A stretch of 64,000 nucleotides of DNA, from contig NC_043005.1 of NCBI RefSeq assembly GCF_006345805.1, positions 27,032,001 to 27,096,000 on the forward strand, read 5' to 3'. Made by a program: the position numbers and the translations under genes. Position 1 is the stretch's first letter; every line of letters begins with the position of its first letter. The notes under the pieces were generated by a model, which saw only the letters and a program-made list of their open reading frames with translations, was not told where the DNA came from and ran no database searches. Source of the DNA: Octopus sinensis (taxonomy: Eukaryota). This document shows positions 52,176-64,000 of the stretch, piece after piece.

Positions 52176-52630
52176 GTTGTACATATGTGTTAGTATGTGT
52201 GTGTCTATGTACGTATATTTGTGTGTGTATATCATGATCATCATCATCATATATGTATGTATATATGTGTGTGTATGTATATATATGTATATATGTATAA
52301 GTATGTATATATATATGCATGTATGTATAAGTATGTATATATATGTATGTATGTATATATATATGCATGTATGCACTTGCATACATGTAGGTGTGTCTGT
52401 ATAAATGGGTGTGTGCAAGCACAAAAGGCATATTGAAGTGGTTAAGCAGTCCTCCTTGTAATCAAAAGGTCCTGGTTTCCACCCCCACTGTAGCATCTTA
52501 GACAACTTCCTTTTATCCACCTAACTCTGGGTAGAGAGGGACTGTGCAGGAACCCTATTGGCCGAAAGCGCGCCATTGTATTTAGCCTTCATCCACACAC
52601 ACATACACATATATTTATACATATATATGC

Positions 52631-52667
<37 letters not shown>

Positions 52668-52697
52668 ATATATATAGTAGTAGTAGTAGTAGTAGTA

Positions 52698-53403
52698 GTA
52701 GTTGAGGGAACCTGTGGAAGTGGTAGACCCAGGAAGACCTGGGATGAGGTGGTGAAGCACAACTTTCGAACATTGAGCCTCACTAAGGCAATGACAAGTG
52801 ACCGAGACCTTTGGAGATATGCTGTGATTGAGAAGACCCAGCAAGCCAAGTGAGACCATAACTGTGGCTTATGCCAATGCTGCATAACCAGCCCATTTAA
52901 GAGTACCCTTGGATAATAAACTATGCTTGCGAAAACCTGTTGAAGCAAGTGAAATCGTTATTGTGGTCAATGACAGTACCATCTGATTGGCACCCATGCC
53001 AGTGGAACATTAAAAGCAGCATTCGAGTGTGATCATTGCCAGGGCCGCTATCTGGCTCCCGTGCAGGCGGCATGTAAAAATCACCATTCAAGCATGATTA
53101 TTGCCAGTGTCAGCTGACTGGCTCCTGTGCCGGTGGCACATAGAATATACCATTCAAGCATGGTCATTGACAGTGCCATCAGACTGGTTCCCCTGCAGGT
53201 GGCACATAAAAAGCACCATTCAAGCATGGTTGATGCCAGTACCTCCTTGCTGGCCCTTGTGCCGGCGGCATGTAAAAGCACACACTACACTCTCGGAGTG
53301 GTTGGCATTAGGAAGGGCATCCAGCTGTAGAAACTTTGCCAGATCAGATTGGAGCCTGGTGCAGCCTTCTGGCTTTCCAGTCCTCAGTCAAACCATCCAT
53401 CCC
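52698..53403 (+). mobile_element. 5'-truncated RTE LINE (ORF end plus 3' UTR)
   Basis: Colinear with 34900-35610. Confidence 0.85.
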
Positions 53404-53409
53404 TTCAGA

Positions 53410-53720
53410 TTGAGTTGGATGGGGAACAAAGGTGTGGAGTGGAGTGAAAGCATTTGAAGAGGCCAGGATAATACATGTAAGACTCTTTGAATGCAGTGTA
53501 TGCCAGAAGGTTTGCCAATCCAACGGAGGCCCCAAGAGACATTTTAAGATTCACAAAGAGCAGAACCTATCTGCAGCTCTTGGTGTTCCAAATCAGAGGT
53601 GCAATCTGTATGGTTGTCTTTTCAGAACATTGTCTGGTTTAAAAGCCACATCAGATGCCATGATGGTTCTAAGGTGTAGGTACAGGAGGTGGTAAAACTC
53701 TGAATAGGGAGTAGACAACC
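53410..53720 (+). mobile_element. RTE/BovB-like ORF C-terminus with two C2H2-type fingers
   Basis: WSGVKAFEEAR...FECSVCQKVCQSNGGPKRHFKIH...RCNLYGCLFRTLSGLK(frameshift)SHIRCH fits the BovB-type W..G...FE..R plus CxxC...GL.SH.R.H tail. Confidence 0.6.
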
Positions 53721-53723
53721 ACC

Positions 53724-53762
<39 letters not shown>

Positions 53763-53808
53763 ATATAGGGTAGGAAACAACTACACAACCTCACCATTTA
53801 TTGATTTT

Positions 53809-53844
<36 letters not shown>

Positions 53845-54164
53845 CATATGTATGTGTATATATATATATATATATGTATGAGTATGTATATATGTATGGT
53901 ATATATATGTACGTATATATATTATGTATATGTATATATATTTCGTTTTGGGATTTGGTTTGCAAGATTCTTTATATGAGTTCGTGTGTTGAAGCATATT
54001 ATGTCAAAACTATTGAAAATGTTGCAAGACGCAACGAAAATTTTAGAAAATAAAAATAAGTAGAAATTTTACCGGTGAGTGTGTTAAATAATAAGGTACT
54101 AAAAGAGAATGACTCTCCCCAGACACAACATTATATATATATATATATATAATAAATATATATA

Positions 54165-55348
54165 TATATATATATATAAATATATATGTGTGTGTGTGTG
54201 TGTATATATAAATATACACATACATATATATATACACACACACACACACAAATTTACATATAGATATATATATATACATATATATATATGTGTGTGTGTG
54301 TGTGTGTACACATACATAAATGCATACACTACATATAGAATTTTACGATTCAGTTAACGTAAATTAGAATTATAAAGCAAGTACACAGACACAACAAAGC
54401 CATGTACATTGTTTCATGTCAGACTGTCATGAGTTGGTAGTCTTTAAATATCTGTCCTTGAATCCTCTGCTTCACCATTAACAATACCACAATGCTGGCT
54501 GACGTAAGACCCTAGGCTGTCACCATGGATCGCTCGCCTCTACTTAAGCACAGATTCCACCTGTTATCTGATTAGCACTTGTTCCGTTGAGCAGTTAATC
54601 CGCTTATCTAATCAGACGGACAAATAAGGATCAGCTATGACTAATGATTTTATTAATCATCTGATCTTGGCTTATAAAGTGACCAAAGGGTCTCCCTGAC
54701 TATTGGCCCCTAACCCAACCTGCTCTTTTAAAAGGGAGTTTATTGTTTGTCTGGATTTAGATTAGCTGGAGTTTGAATTTTTTTTTTCCTTTTCTTCTCA
54801 AATTCCATAAATTCCATTGACTTAATGATTTCTGGACATAGTGTGTGTGTGTGTAAGTTTGTACACATACATACATACATACATACAGATATATATATAT
54901 ATATGTATTTATATATACACACACACACATACATACATGTATATGTAGCCGTATATATACATATATATATATATACTAAGTATACATATATACAGCAGTA
55001 TATATATATATATCATCATCATCATATGTGTGTGTGTGTGTGTGTGTGCTAAGCACTTTTTTAGGTGCAAGAGTGGGTGTGTGGTAAGTAGCTTGCTTTC
55101 CAACCACATGGTTCCGGGTTCAGTCCCCCATTGCATGGCACCTTGGGCAAGTGTCTTCTATTAGAGCCTTGTGCCAACCAGAACCTTATGGGTGGATTTG
55201 GTAGACGGAAACTGAAAGAAGCTCGTCGTATGTGTATATATATATATATAAATATATATGTGTGTGTGTGTGTGTATATATAAATATACACATACATATA
55301 TATATACACACACACACACACAAATTACATATAGATATATATATATAC

Positions 55349-55380
<32 letters not shown>

Positions 55381-56320
55381 ACACATACATAAATGCATAC
55401 ACTACATATAGAATTTTACGATTCAGTTAACGTAAATTAGAATTATAAAGCAAGTACACAGACACAAACAAAGCCATGTACATTGTTTCATGTCAGACTG
55501 TCATGAGTTGGTAGTCTTTAAATATCTGTCCTTGAATCCTCTGCTTCACCATTAACAATACCACAATGCTGGCTGACGTAAGACCCTAGGCTGTCACCAT
55601 GGATCGCTCGCCTCTACTTAAGCACAGATTCCACCTGTTATCTGATTAGCACTTGTTCCGTTGAGCAGTTAATCCGCTTATCTAATCAGACGGACAAATA
55701 AGGATCAGCTATGACTAATGATTTTATTAATCATCTGATCTTGGCTTATAAAGTGACCAAAGGGTCTCCCTGACTATTGGCCCCTAACCCAACCTGCTCT
55801 TTTAAAAGGGAGTTTATTGTTTGTCTGGATTTAGATTAGCTGGAGTTTGAATTTTTTTTTTCCTTTTCTTCTCAAATTCCATAAATTCCATTGACTTAAT
55901 GATTTCTGGACATAGTGTGTGTGTGTGTAAGTTTGTACACATACATACATACATGCATACAGATATATATATATATATGTATTTATATATACACACACAC
56001 ACACACATACATACATGTATATGTAGCCGTATATATACATATATATATATACTAAGTATACATATATACAGCAGTATATATATATATCATCATCATCATA
56101 TGTGTGTGTGTGTGTGTGTGTTAAGCACTTTTTTAGGTGCAAGAGTGGGTGTGTGGTAAGTAGCTTGCTTTCCAACCACATGGTTCCGGGTTCAGTCCCC
56201 CATTGCATGGCACCTTGGGCAAGTGTCTTCTATTAGAGCCTTGTGCCAACCAGAACCTTATGGGTGGATTTGGTAGACGGAAACTGAAAGAAGCTCGTCG
56301 TATGTGTATATATATATATA
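54165..56320. repeat. Tandem duplication of about 1.07 kb
   Basis: Units about 54165-55240 and 55241-56320 (ORF offset 54740 vs 55814). Junctions lie in (TA)n; the second junction is inside a family A SINE. Confidence 0.9.
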
Positions 56321-57051
56321 TATTGTATATATTTCTGTTTCTGTGTTTGTCCCCCACCATTGCTTGAGAGCCAATGTTGGTGTGTTTGTGTCCCCTAAAC
56401 TTGGCGGTTCGGCAAAGGAGACTGATAGAATGAGTACCAGGCTTACAAAGAGTAAGTCCTGTGGTTGATTTTTTTCAACTAAAGGCGGTGCTCCAGCACG
56501 GCCACAGTCAAATGACTGAAACCAGTAAAAGAATAAAAGAAAATACCTAGAGAGAGTGAGAGACACTCACACACACTCGCACGCAAACACACACACACAC
56601 ACGCACACACATATACATATATATACAAAAGATATAGCCCAGAGAGGCCATTAGATGTACCGCAATGTGTATCGCAATGAACAGATAATCCACTGTCACA
56701 TATCTCCCTCTATTGGTATGTCTTGCTTTTGGCTATTCTGGACTTATTTTTTAATCTGACTGGATGGTCATAACTCCTCTTCCTTCACCAGGGGAGGATT
56801 TAGTAGAAAGGGACTGATTCTATTAGTTTATATGGTATCAACATCTGCTAAACTCTGACTTTATTATATTATAGATTTAAAGAGGATTTAAATAGCTTTA
56901 TCATTTAAGATATTGGAATGTAGCAGATTTAAATGTGAACGTGCACAAATATTTTGATGTGCACGAGCCAGAACATTCGCACACATTCATGTACATTCCT
57001 TTACTGATTTCAGTCATCAGACACCGACCATACTAGAGCAATATCTTAACC

Positions 57052-57164
57052 TTACATTATTTACATTTAATGGATATTTGTCCTCATCTTGTTTGTTGTT
57101 AACACAACATTTTGGCTGATATACTGGGGTTCTCATTCCTAAGGTAGTTTTCGATGTTATTATT

Positions 57165-57196
<32 letters not shown>

Positions 57197-57489
57197 TGTC
57201 ATCATCATTATTATTATTCAGGTCACTGCCTGGAATCGAACTCAGAATCTTGGAGTTAGTAGCCCATGCTCTTAACCAGCATGCCATACGCCCATGGGCG
57301 TATGACATAGTGGAGGGTATATCAGCTGAAACGTGTTAACAACAAACAAGATGAGGACAAATATCTGTCAAATGTAAATAATGTAAATAATTCCTCATCT
57401 CTTAAATATAGAACTGAATAATAATAATAATAATAATGATAATGATGATTATGATGATAATAATAATAATAATAATGATGATGATTATG

Positions 57490-57522
<33 letters not shown>

Positions 57523-57575
57523 TAATAATAATGATGATGATTATGATAATAATAATAATAATGATGATGATTATG

Positions 57576-57612
<37 letters not shown>

Positions 57613-57783
57613 TAACATCGAAAATACCTTAGGAATGAGAACCCAGGTTTGAAATTTCCCCAAGACACCTGATGAAGGCTGGAGAGTATATCAGCCGAAA
57701 CGTGTTAACAACAAACAAGATGACAAATATCCGTCAAATGTAAATAATGTACATAATTCCTCATCTCTTAAATATAGAACTGT
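57052..57783. mobile_element. Composite insertion of the tRNA/hammerhead repeat: inverted copy plus two tandem copies (copy C)
   Basis: Minus copy 57052-57293 has the full 73-nt tRNA-like head (57221-57293). Partial plus copy about 57296-57417; (AAT/GAT)n 57417-57613; plus tail 57614-57783 with CTGATGA-A-GGCTG..CAGCC-GAAAC. Direct repeat AATATCTTAACC at 57040-57051 and 57784-57795. Confidence 0.75.
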
Positions 57784-58537
57784 AATATCTTAACCCTTTA
57801 GCATTCAGAATGCTCTATCAAATGTCATGCTTATTTATTCATTTTGCACCTTCAAAATTTCAATGATGTAATTGCTTATTTTTAGAATGACATTGTAGGG
57901 TAGGTGTGAGAGATTGGATCTGGCCAGTTTAAATGCTAAAGGGTAAAAGGATTTTTTTTGTGGTGGGGGTCAGTTATATCAGCCTATTTTGGATTTTGCA
58001 GGATACTTACCTTAATTTCATAAGGAATAAATGTGAAAACTTAAGCAAAGATTTAGACATAACTACAGAATAATATAATACCACAAGGCATTTTCAGGAT
58101 GTTTCACCATCCCGTGCCAACACAGACAGAGGCTTCCTGACATCTAGATTTATTTCTATATTTCTGATTCACATTGTGTTGCTTTCTAGTTATGTGTTTC
58201 CGGGTTCAGTCCCACTGCATGACACCTTGGGCAAGTATCTTCTAATATGATCCCTAGCTGACCAATGCATTATGAATGGATTTAGTCAGCAGAAATGAAG
58301 AAACTTCTCATGCATGAATGAATTTGTATTCCCCGCATGTTCACTGGTTTGGAAACAATGGCTTCCTAACAGTAAGAGGCATGGTTAGGTTGTCTGATAT
58401 CTGACGGACAAGGAGAGTGTTACCTCATCTGGAAATAAGTAAGTGTTGGTGACAGGAAGAACGTCCAGCTGTAGAAAAGCTCGGCCTCGATGTATTCTTG
58501 TCTGACCCATGCAAGCTTAAAAAAGTAGACTTTAAAA

Positions 58538-58589
<52 letters not shown>

Positions 58590-59774
58590 GCATACATATC
58601 TATATATGTGTACACTATTGAAAGAAAGATATGACACTGTGATTTTGTCTGAGGGAAAAGCTCTTCATAGACATATTGTGTTAAAACCACAATATATACA
58701 CTGGAGCCAGATGCCCATCTTCTCAGCAGTGACTCAAAAATAACAGACACATTTCAGCCTTCTTAGGTATTGTCAATGACTTGTACACACTTGTCATATG
58801 TCAATTGCTTAAATAAAATTCAACCCCTCTCCATAAAGGAAACTGAATAAAATAGTCACTGATATTGGTGGAAGCTTGCTGGGCTGTAACAAACTCAGTG
58901 TATGCATTTGACACAGTATTAAATCAAAATTACTATTTGTGTATCATAAAAGTAAGTATACAGTTGCTTAAGATGAGAATGGAATATGCTTTTCATTTCT
59001 TATCCTAAAAAGGAAATAGAGAAATGAAAAAAACATTCCATTCATATTAAGTAACTGTATACCAACTTTTGCCCAACTTTTCAGTTATATACACCATTGA
59101 AAGTTATGACGCTGTGAAATTTGTCTAAGCAAAATCTTCTCATAAATATGCTGTGTTAAAAATATAAAATGTACATGAGAGCGAGGCACTTGTCATCTCA
59201 GTTGGGATGACAATGCCAGACATGTCTCAGTTTTTGTGGACATTTATTGCGTACAAATAAACACAGAGACTCACTTGTTGTTTGTTTTTGTTGTTGTTCT
59301 CATTGTTGTTGACAGCATTGTTACTGTTCATAGCAACAGGTCACTCCTGATCCAGTGAGATTCAACTTTTATTTCTAGCAGGCCATATGACCACATAGAG
59401 ACCACAATGCATAATGCAGCATGTTCCAGCCACAAACACATCACATCTGCTATTCAAACATAGTCTATCAAGGACTATGCTATCTCATGTGTCCTTCCCA
59501 TTTTTTAAGATGATTGATAGAGTGAGATTCAACTTTTATTTCTAGCAGGCCATATGACCACATAGAGACCACAATACATAATGCAACATGTTCCAGCCAC
59601 AAATGCATCACATTTGCTATTCAAACATAGTCTATCAAGGACTATGCTATTTCATGTGCCCTTCCCTTTTTTTAAGATAGTAGAGTGAGGTTCGACTTTT
59701 ATTTCTAACAGGCCATATGACCACATAGAGGTCACTTTTCATGTGACATCAATGCTGAGCTGTCAATCATTCTA

Positions 59775-60922
59775 TCTATCTCTATATAAACGGCAGTTTG
59801 TCTGTCTGTGTGTCTGTCAGGTTGTACCCTCACCCTGACTACGGCTTTCAACCGATTCTGATGAAACTTGACACACACATAGCCCAATGTCATAATTCAA
59901 AACTAACGCAGCGAAAATTTTGGAAAGTTCCCCCAGTTCTGAAAAAATCGATATAAATTCGACATGGGGTCGAGAATCTAAGTTTTTTATATGCAACACA
60001 TTTTCTGTTGTAGTTTTCGCAAACTTGCAATCGATTTTCACCAAACTCATGGTGAAGCTTAATGTTACCCTAAGAAACTTAATTCTGACGTTAGTTTTCC
60101 ATGCAATACCTTACCATCAGAAAAAATCGATAAAATCATGCCATTTTGGGAAATCGCGTTCAAATTCAAGATGACATATTTTCGACAATATCTTTCACAA
60201 ATTATCAGGAGTTTTTTTTTTTAATTCACAGCGAGCATCATGTCTGCTCCAAAAAGCTATATTGCCCTTTTTATTCCAATAGGATACTTTATTACTGGAA
60301 AAAATCGGTTAATTAAATCATATGTGGCACACATAGCAAACCGATTTGTGTATTAAACACATACCACAGACTGTCTAGGGGACGCAACTCGACCTTTTTA
60401 ACTCTCGGAATACGGGTAAATATCCCAAAATGTATAAAAATGTACAAAAATGGCAAAAAAGCGAGCAGCAATGTGAGTGACAACAACGAAAAAGTCGAAA
60501 GTGACCAAACTGAACAAACGAATGGAAAAGGTTTTTTGATGCAAACGACAAAAGCAGTTTATAATAAACCAAGAGTTTGCAACTAGCGTCCGAGGACCCT
60601 TAGGGTACGTCAAAAATTTAAGGTAAAACGTTTGGAGTGGTAGTTATAAAGCAATTTTAAACAAAGAAAGTATTCGAATAACTTGCGGCTGCAGCAGCTA
60701 TTAGCAGAAGTTGGGGGTAAAGTCTCGAATGTAATTTCTTCCTGGTAGGAATTGGTTGGGTTGAATTATCGATAGCTGTTTGATAGTTATTTGGGAGTGA
60801 AGAGAAGACATTGCAACCTACACATGCGCCTTCGTTCCCTAGAGGGAAAGGACTAGATTGGGATTAGTCGTTGCCTACTAGAGGCTCTTACATACCCGGG
60901 CAATGCCGGGCTATGCTGCTAG
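59775..60922 (+). mobile_element. Non-autonomous Helitron
   Basis: 5' A|TCTATCTCTATATAAA followed by (GTCT)n. Subterminal hairpin CCCGG-GCAATG-CCGGG at 60895-60910. 3' CTAG|T at 60919-60922. No TSD; CpG-rich relative to the flanks. Confidence 0.85.
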
Positions 60923-62536
60923 TAAAAAATAAATGTGATGTGCAATACTTTTTTTTATTATTTATCTTTTTATCTTTGCCTTGTTTCACTCATTAGAGTG
61001 TGGTCATGCTGGAGCACTGCCTTCAAGAATTTCAAACAAAGAAATTGACCCCAGTACCTATTTTTTTTTAAGTTTGGTACTTATTCTATTTGTCTTTTTT
61101 GTTGAACCACTAAGTTACAGGGCCATAAACACACCATCACCAGCTGTCAAGTGGTGGTGGTAACGGGGTCAAATATAGACACAAACACACACACATACGC
61201 ACGCACACCAAATCCGTCTGCAAAATCCACTCATAAGGCTTTTGTCAGCCAGATGCTTTAGTAGAAGCGACTTTGCCAAGGTGCCATATAGTAGAATGGA
61301 AACCAGAACCATGTGGTTGGGAAACAAATCCCTTACCACACAGCCACACCTGCGCCTATAAAATAAAAAGAAGTTTTAGTTTCCAATGGCAGCAGTTATC
61401 CAAAATTACGAATTTTGGTTGTCCAAACCGCTCCGGATAAACAAAGAGGAGCAGGGCTGGAGAGTGGAGCAGATGCCGGGCAGTACAGGTTGGGGTAGGG
61501 AAGATTCCAGCTAATCTGTTGACGGAGACAAGCATAACCCAACATGAATTGTGGTGAGAGGTTGTTGAATAATGCAGGTATGGACCCGTTAGAGGAGGTG
61601 AGTGATGAAGATGGGGTGAGGCGCGGATGAAGAGGATAATTAGAGAAATGAAATGTTAGAAAACCAGAGAAGGATGGGTGGTGGTGGTGATGGCAGTGGC
61701 GGTGGTGGTGGTGAGTGTAATCACAGAAGATTGATTTCATTAAATAATGATGATAATAATGAATACAGTTATATGTGTATGTATGTATTTACACACATGG
61801 TCACATAGTCATACACAGTCACATACACAACCATATACACACATGTACAATCATGCACATACACACTCACACACATAAACGTAACTCATTAATTATCCAC
61901 AAAATTAGTTGCCTATGCATCACTAAACTTGATCTCCTTCTAGTCATTACGATACAGGCTTCAACTTGAAAATTTAATTGTTCTTGTTGTTGTTGTTGTT
62001 ATAATTACATGAACCACAGCAGCTCCACTTTGTTTTCTACCAAACAAAAGAGAATTATTCAGGGATTCAGTCTCAGCAAGCTGAAGATATATAAGGAACC
62101 AAATTCCATCAAAGGCTTCCCATGTACAGTAAGGGGACTGTCTTCGGCCTCTGGATTATCTGGAAACAGGTTGAGACATCCAAAAATTGGTGTCTTGTAT
62201 CAAGAAAGAACCAGACATCAGACTATATCGTGTATTAGTGATAACATTGAACAAGTCTGTGATATGATTATGTTGAATAAATGAGTGTCTTTTGAAGAAA
62301 TGGTAAAAGATATCTAAATTAGTTGTCATGGTTTTGCCTTTGAGATCATTCTCAACAGAAGACATTTGTGTAAAATGATTTGTGTTCGAAAATGTAAGGA
62401 CACAGATCGTGTCCTATAGCCAGCTGGAGACAATGTCTCCTGGGGCTAAATTACAGCAACATTTGTCCTAAACCAGGACTACCATTTTATGTTGGTAAAC
62501 AATATTTATTAAAAATAATTTTTGTTGTCCAAAGTA

Positions 62537-62595
<59 letters not shown>

Positions 62596-63360
62596 CAAAT
62601 CTTTTACTAAACCCTCCCACTTCACATTATTTTAGACTAGCTTAACACTAAAACAAAAGCCTTTCTTGCCTAATGAATAAAATATCTATTTCTGAATTGA
62701 ATAGATTGTCTGGTGGCTTTGCAGTATTGAACCTTCCAGTTCTAGTAATAAATTTTTAAACATATTTGAAGTTCACTTGTTTCTTTTTAGTGAACTAATA
62801 AACCATAATAACTATTATACCCACACATACATTTGTGAAGGTGAGTGTATGTATATATAGATATTTATTTGTCTGGATGTATGTGTTTGTCTGTACATAC
62901 ATATGTGTGTATGTATGTATGTTGGTTTGGTAATAAAAGTTGGAAAATAGGACTCCAAGCATGAATGTATGTATTTTATATTCTATCAGTAAAAGTTACA
63001 AAGTGACTCAAAGACTTAAGTTTCATGTCAGTGCATGAAATTCTTGCCCCTACCCTTTCATTACTGTATTTATTTTGAGATGCTCTGTGTTTCATTCAAT
63101 TACTTTTAAATATAACAAAGAATTTAGTAAAATAACTTAGTTATCATTCAGCTGGTGTTAGGAACATAAATTGTGACTTAGATTTGTTGGAAGAATTAAA
63201 TTCAAAACTTATGAAAACAAGATATTTGTACTCAGAGCCAGAGCCGGTTTCAGCAAGGTTGGTAATGAAAAGGTTGAGTTAATTTCTAATTCCTGCTAAT
63301 TAAATGTGGGTATGTGTTTATAATATATATATATATATATATATAATGTATATATGTGTG

Positions 63361-63400
<40 letters not shown>

Positions 63401-63544
63401 TATATATATATATACACACACATACATGCATACTATATATACATACTTGCATACATACATATATATATATATTATATATATATATATATATATGCACACA
63501 CATATATATACACACATACATACATATATATATATACATACATT

Positions 63545-63876
63545 TAATGCTTCTGTATTTCATGTTTCTGTATTCCATTATTGTTTTTTGTTTTTTTTTT
63601 TTATATCTGTCCCTTTTGCTGTCCTGGTGTTCGTATGCATTTGATCCTTCTTCCAGGAAATCTACGCTTCCAGCTTAGTTTTTCTAATGCTCGTTGCTTA
63701 GTTTTTCTTGGAGGGCTGGCCGTGATCTAGTAATCTCAAGATTAATCAGCCGAAATTACTACGATGATCCGGTTCTTGACTGAAGACTGAGGGGTTCGAA
63801 TGTCCTGTCCATGTTTATTGTATCGTCTTCTAAGAGTTATACGTTCTTGTCCATGTTGTATTTTTCTACATACCTT

Positions 63877-63878
<2 letters not shown>
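63545..63878. mobile_element. (TA)n-embedded pLTR-like module (unclassified)
   Basis: Unique CpG-containing block between (TA)n arrays, with a weak GGCTG...CAGCC-GAAA stem near 63713-63755. Confidence 0.3.
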
Positions 63879-63914
<36 letters not shown>

Positions 63915-64000
63915 TACATACACACACACAGAAAGAGAGGAGGAGAGGGGACACTAGATAAGCAACACTAACAAACAGCACAATATGCGGTGCTTTAATT

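Noticed and set aside
54565-54595. miR-92-like sequence (TAGCACTTGTTCCG)
   Set aside because: The seed differs from AUUGCAC and there is no pre-miRNA duplex across this stretch.
57221-57293. Functional tRNA gene (anticodon ACT)
   Set aside because: Acceptor and anticodon stems pair poorly, there is no oligo-T terminator, and it is always linked to the same repeat tail. It is treated as a retroposon head.
61396-61740. 114-aa minus-strand ORF in GC-richer unique sequence
   Set aside because: It starts in a (CAC)n repeat and has no recognisable motif. It could be an old repeat, but cannot be assigned without a search.
5171-63981. Numerous ORFs rich in YI/IY, CV/HT, poly-V/M/S/D/H and LSIY
   Set aside because: They are translations of (TA)n, (CA)n, (CAT)n, (GTG)n and (GATA)n microsatellites, open in several frames on both strands.

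Overview
AT-rich, microsatellite-saturated metazoan DNA. By pattern recognition (not a database result), the repeat repertoire points to an octopus or other coleoid cephalopod intron or intergenic region. It contains tRNA-derived SINEs with internal (TA)n/(TG)n, RTE-clade LINE 3' ends with (GAT)n tails, piggyBac- and hAT-like MITEs and a Helitron. No intact host protein-coding gene is visible. Nearly all ORFs in the track are translations of simple repeats or transposon UTRs. The only real protein homology is to retroelement fragments: RTE reverse-transcriptase C-termini with an embedded PHD-like finger, an RTE/BovB-like C2H2 tail, and a short Penelope-like N-terminus. The most interesting signal is a small repeat at three loci (about 2.3, 4.6-5.1 and 57.0-57.8 kb). 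It consists of a tRNA-like Pol III head, an (AAT)n linker and a Penelope pseudo-LTR-like tail carrying a minimal type I hammerhead ribozyme motif. It occurs in inverted and tandem arrangements, once with a 12-bp target-site duplication, so it is a candidate Penelope-mobilised, ribozyme-bearing SINE or retrozyme. Several unrelated degenerate hammerhead-like motifs occur in other modules, mostly (TA)n-embedded. Also notable are a near-perfect 205-bp palindrome (27137-27341), two kb-scale tandem duplications bounded by (TA)n, a 22-bp CCAAT-box minisatellite, and isolated splice-signal candidates including a possible microexon.
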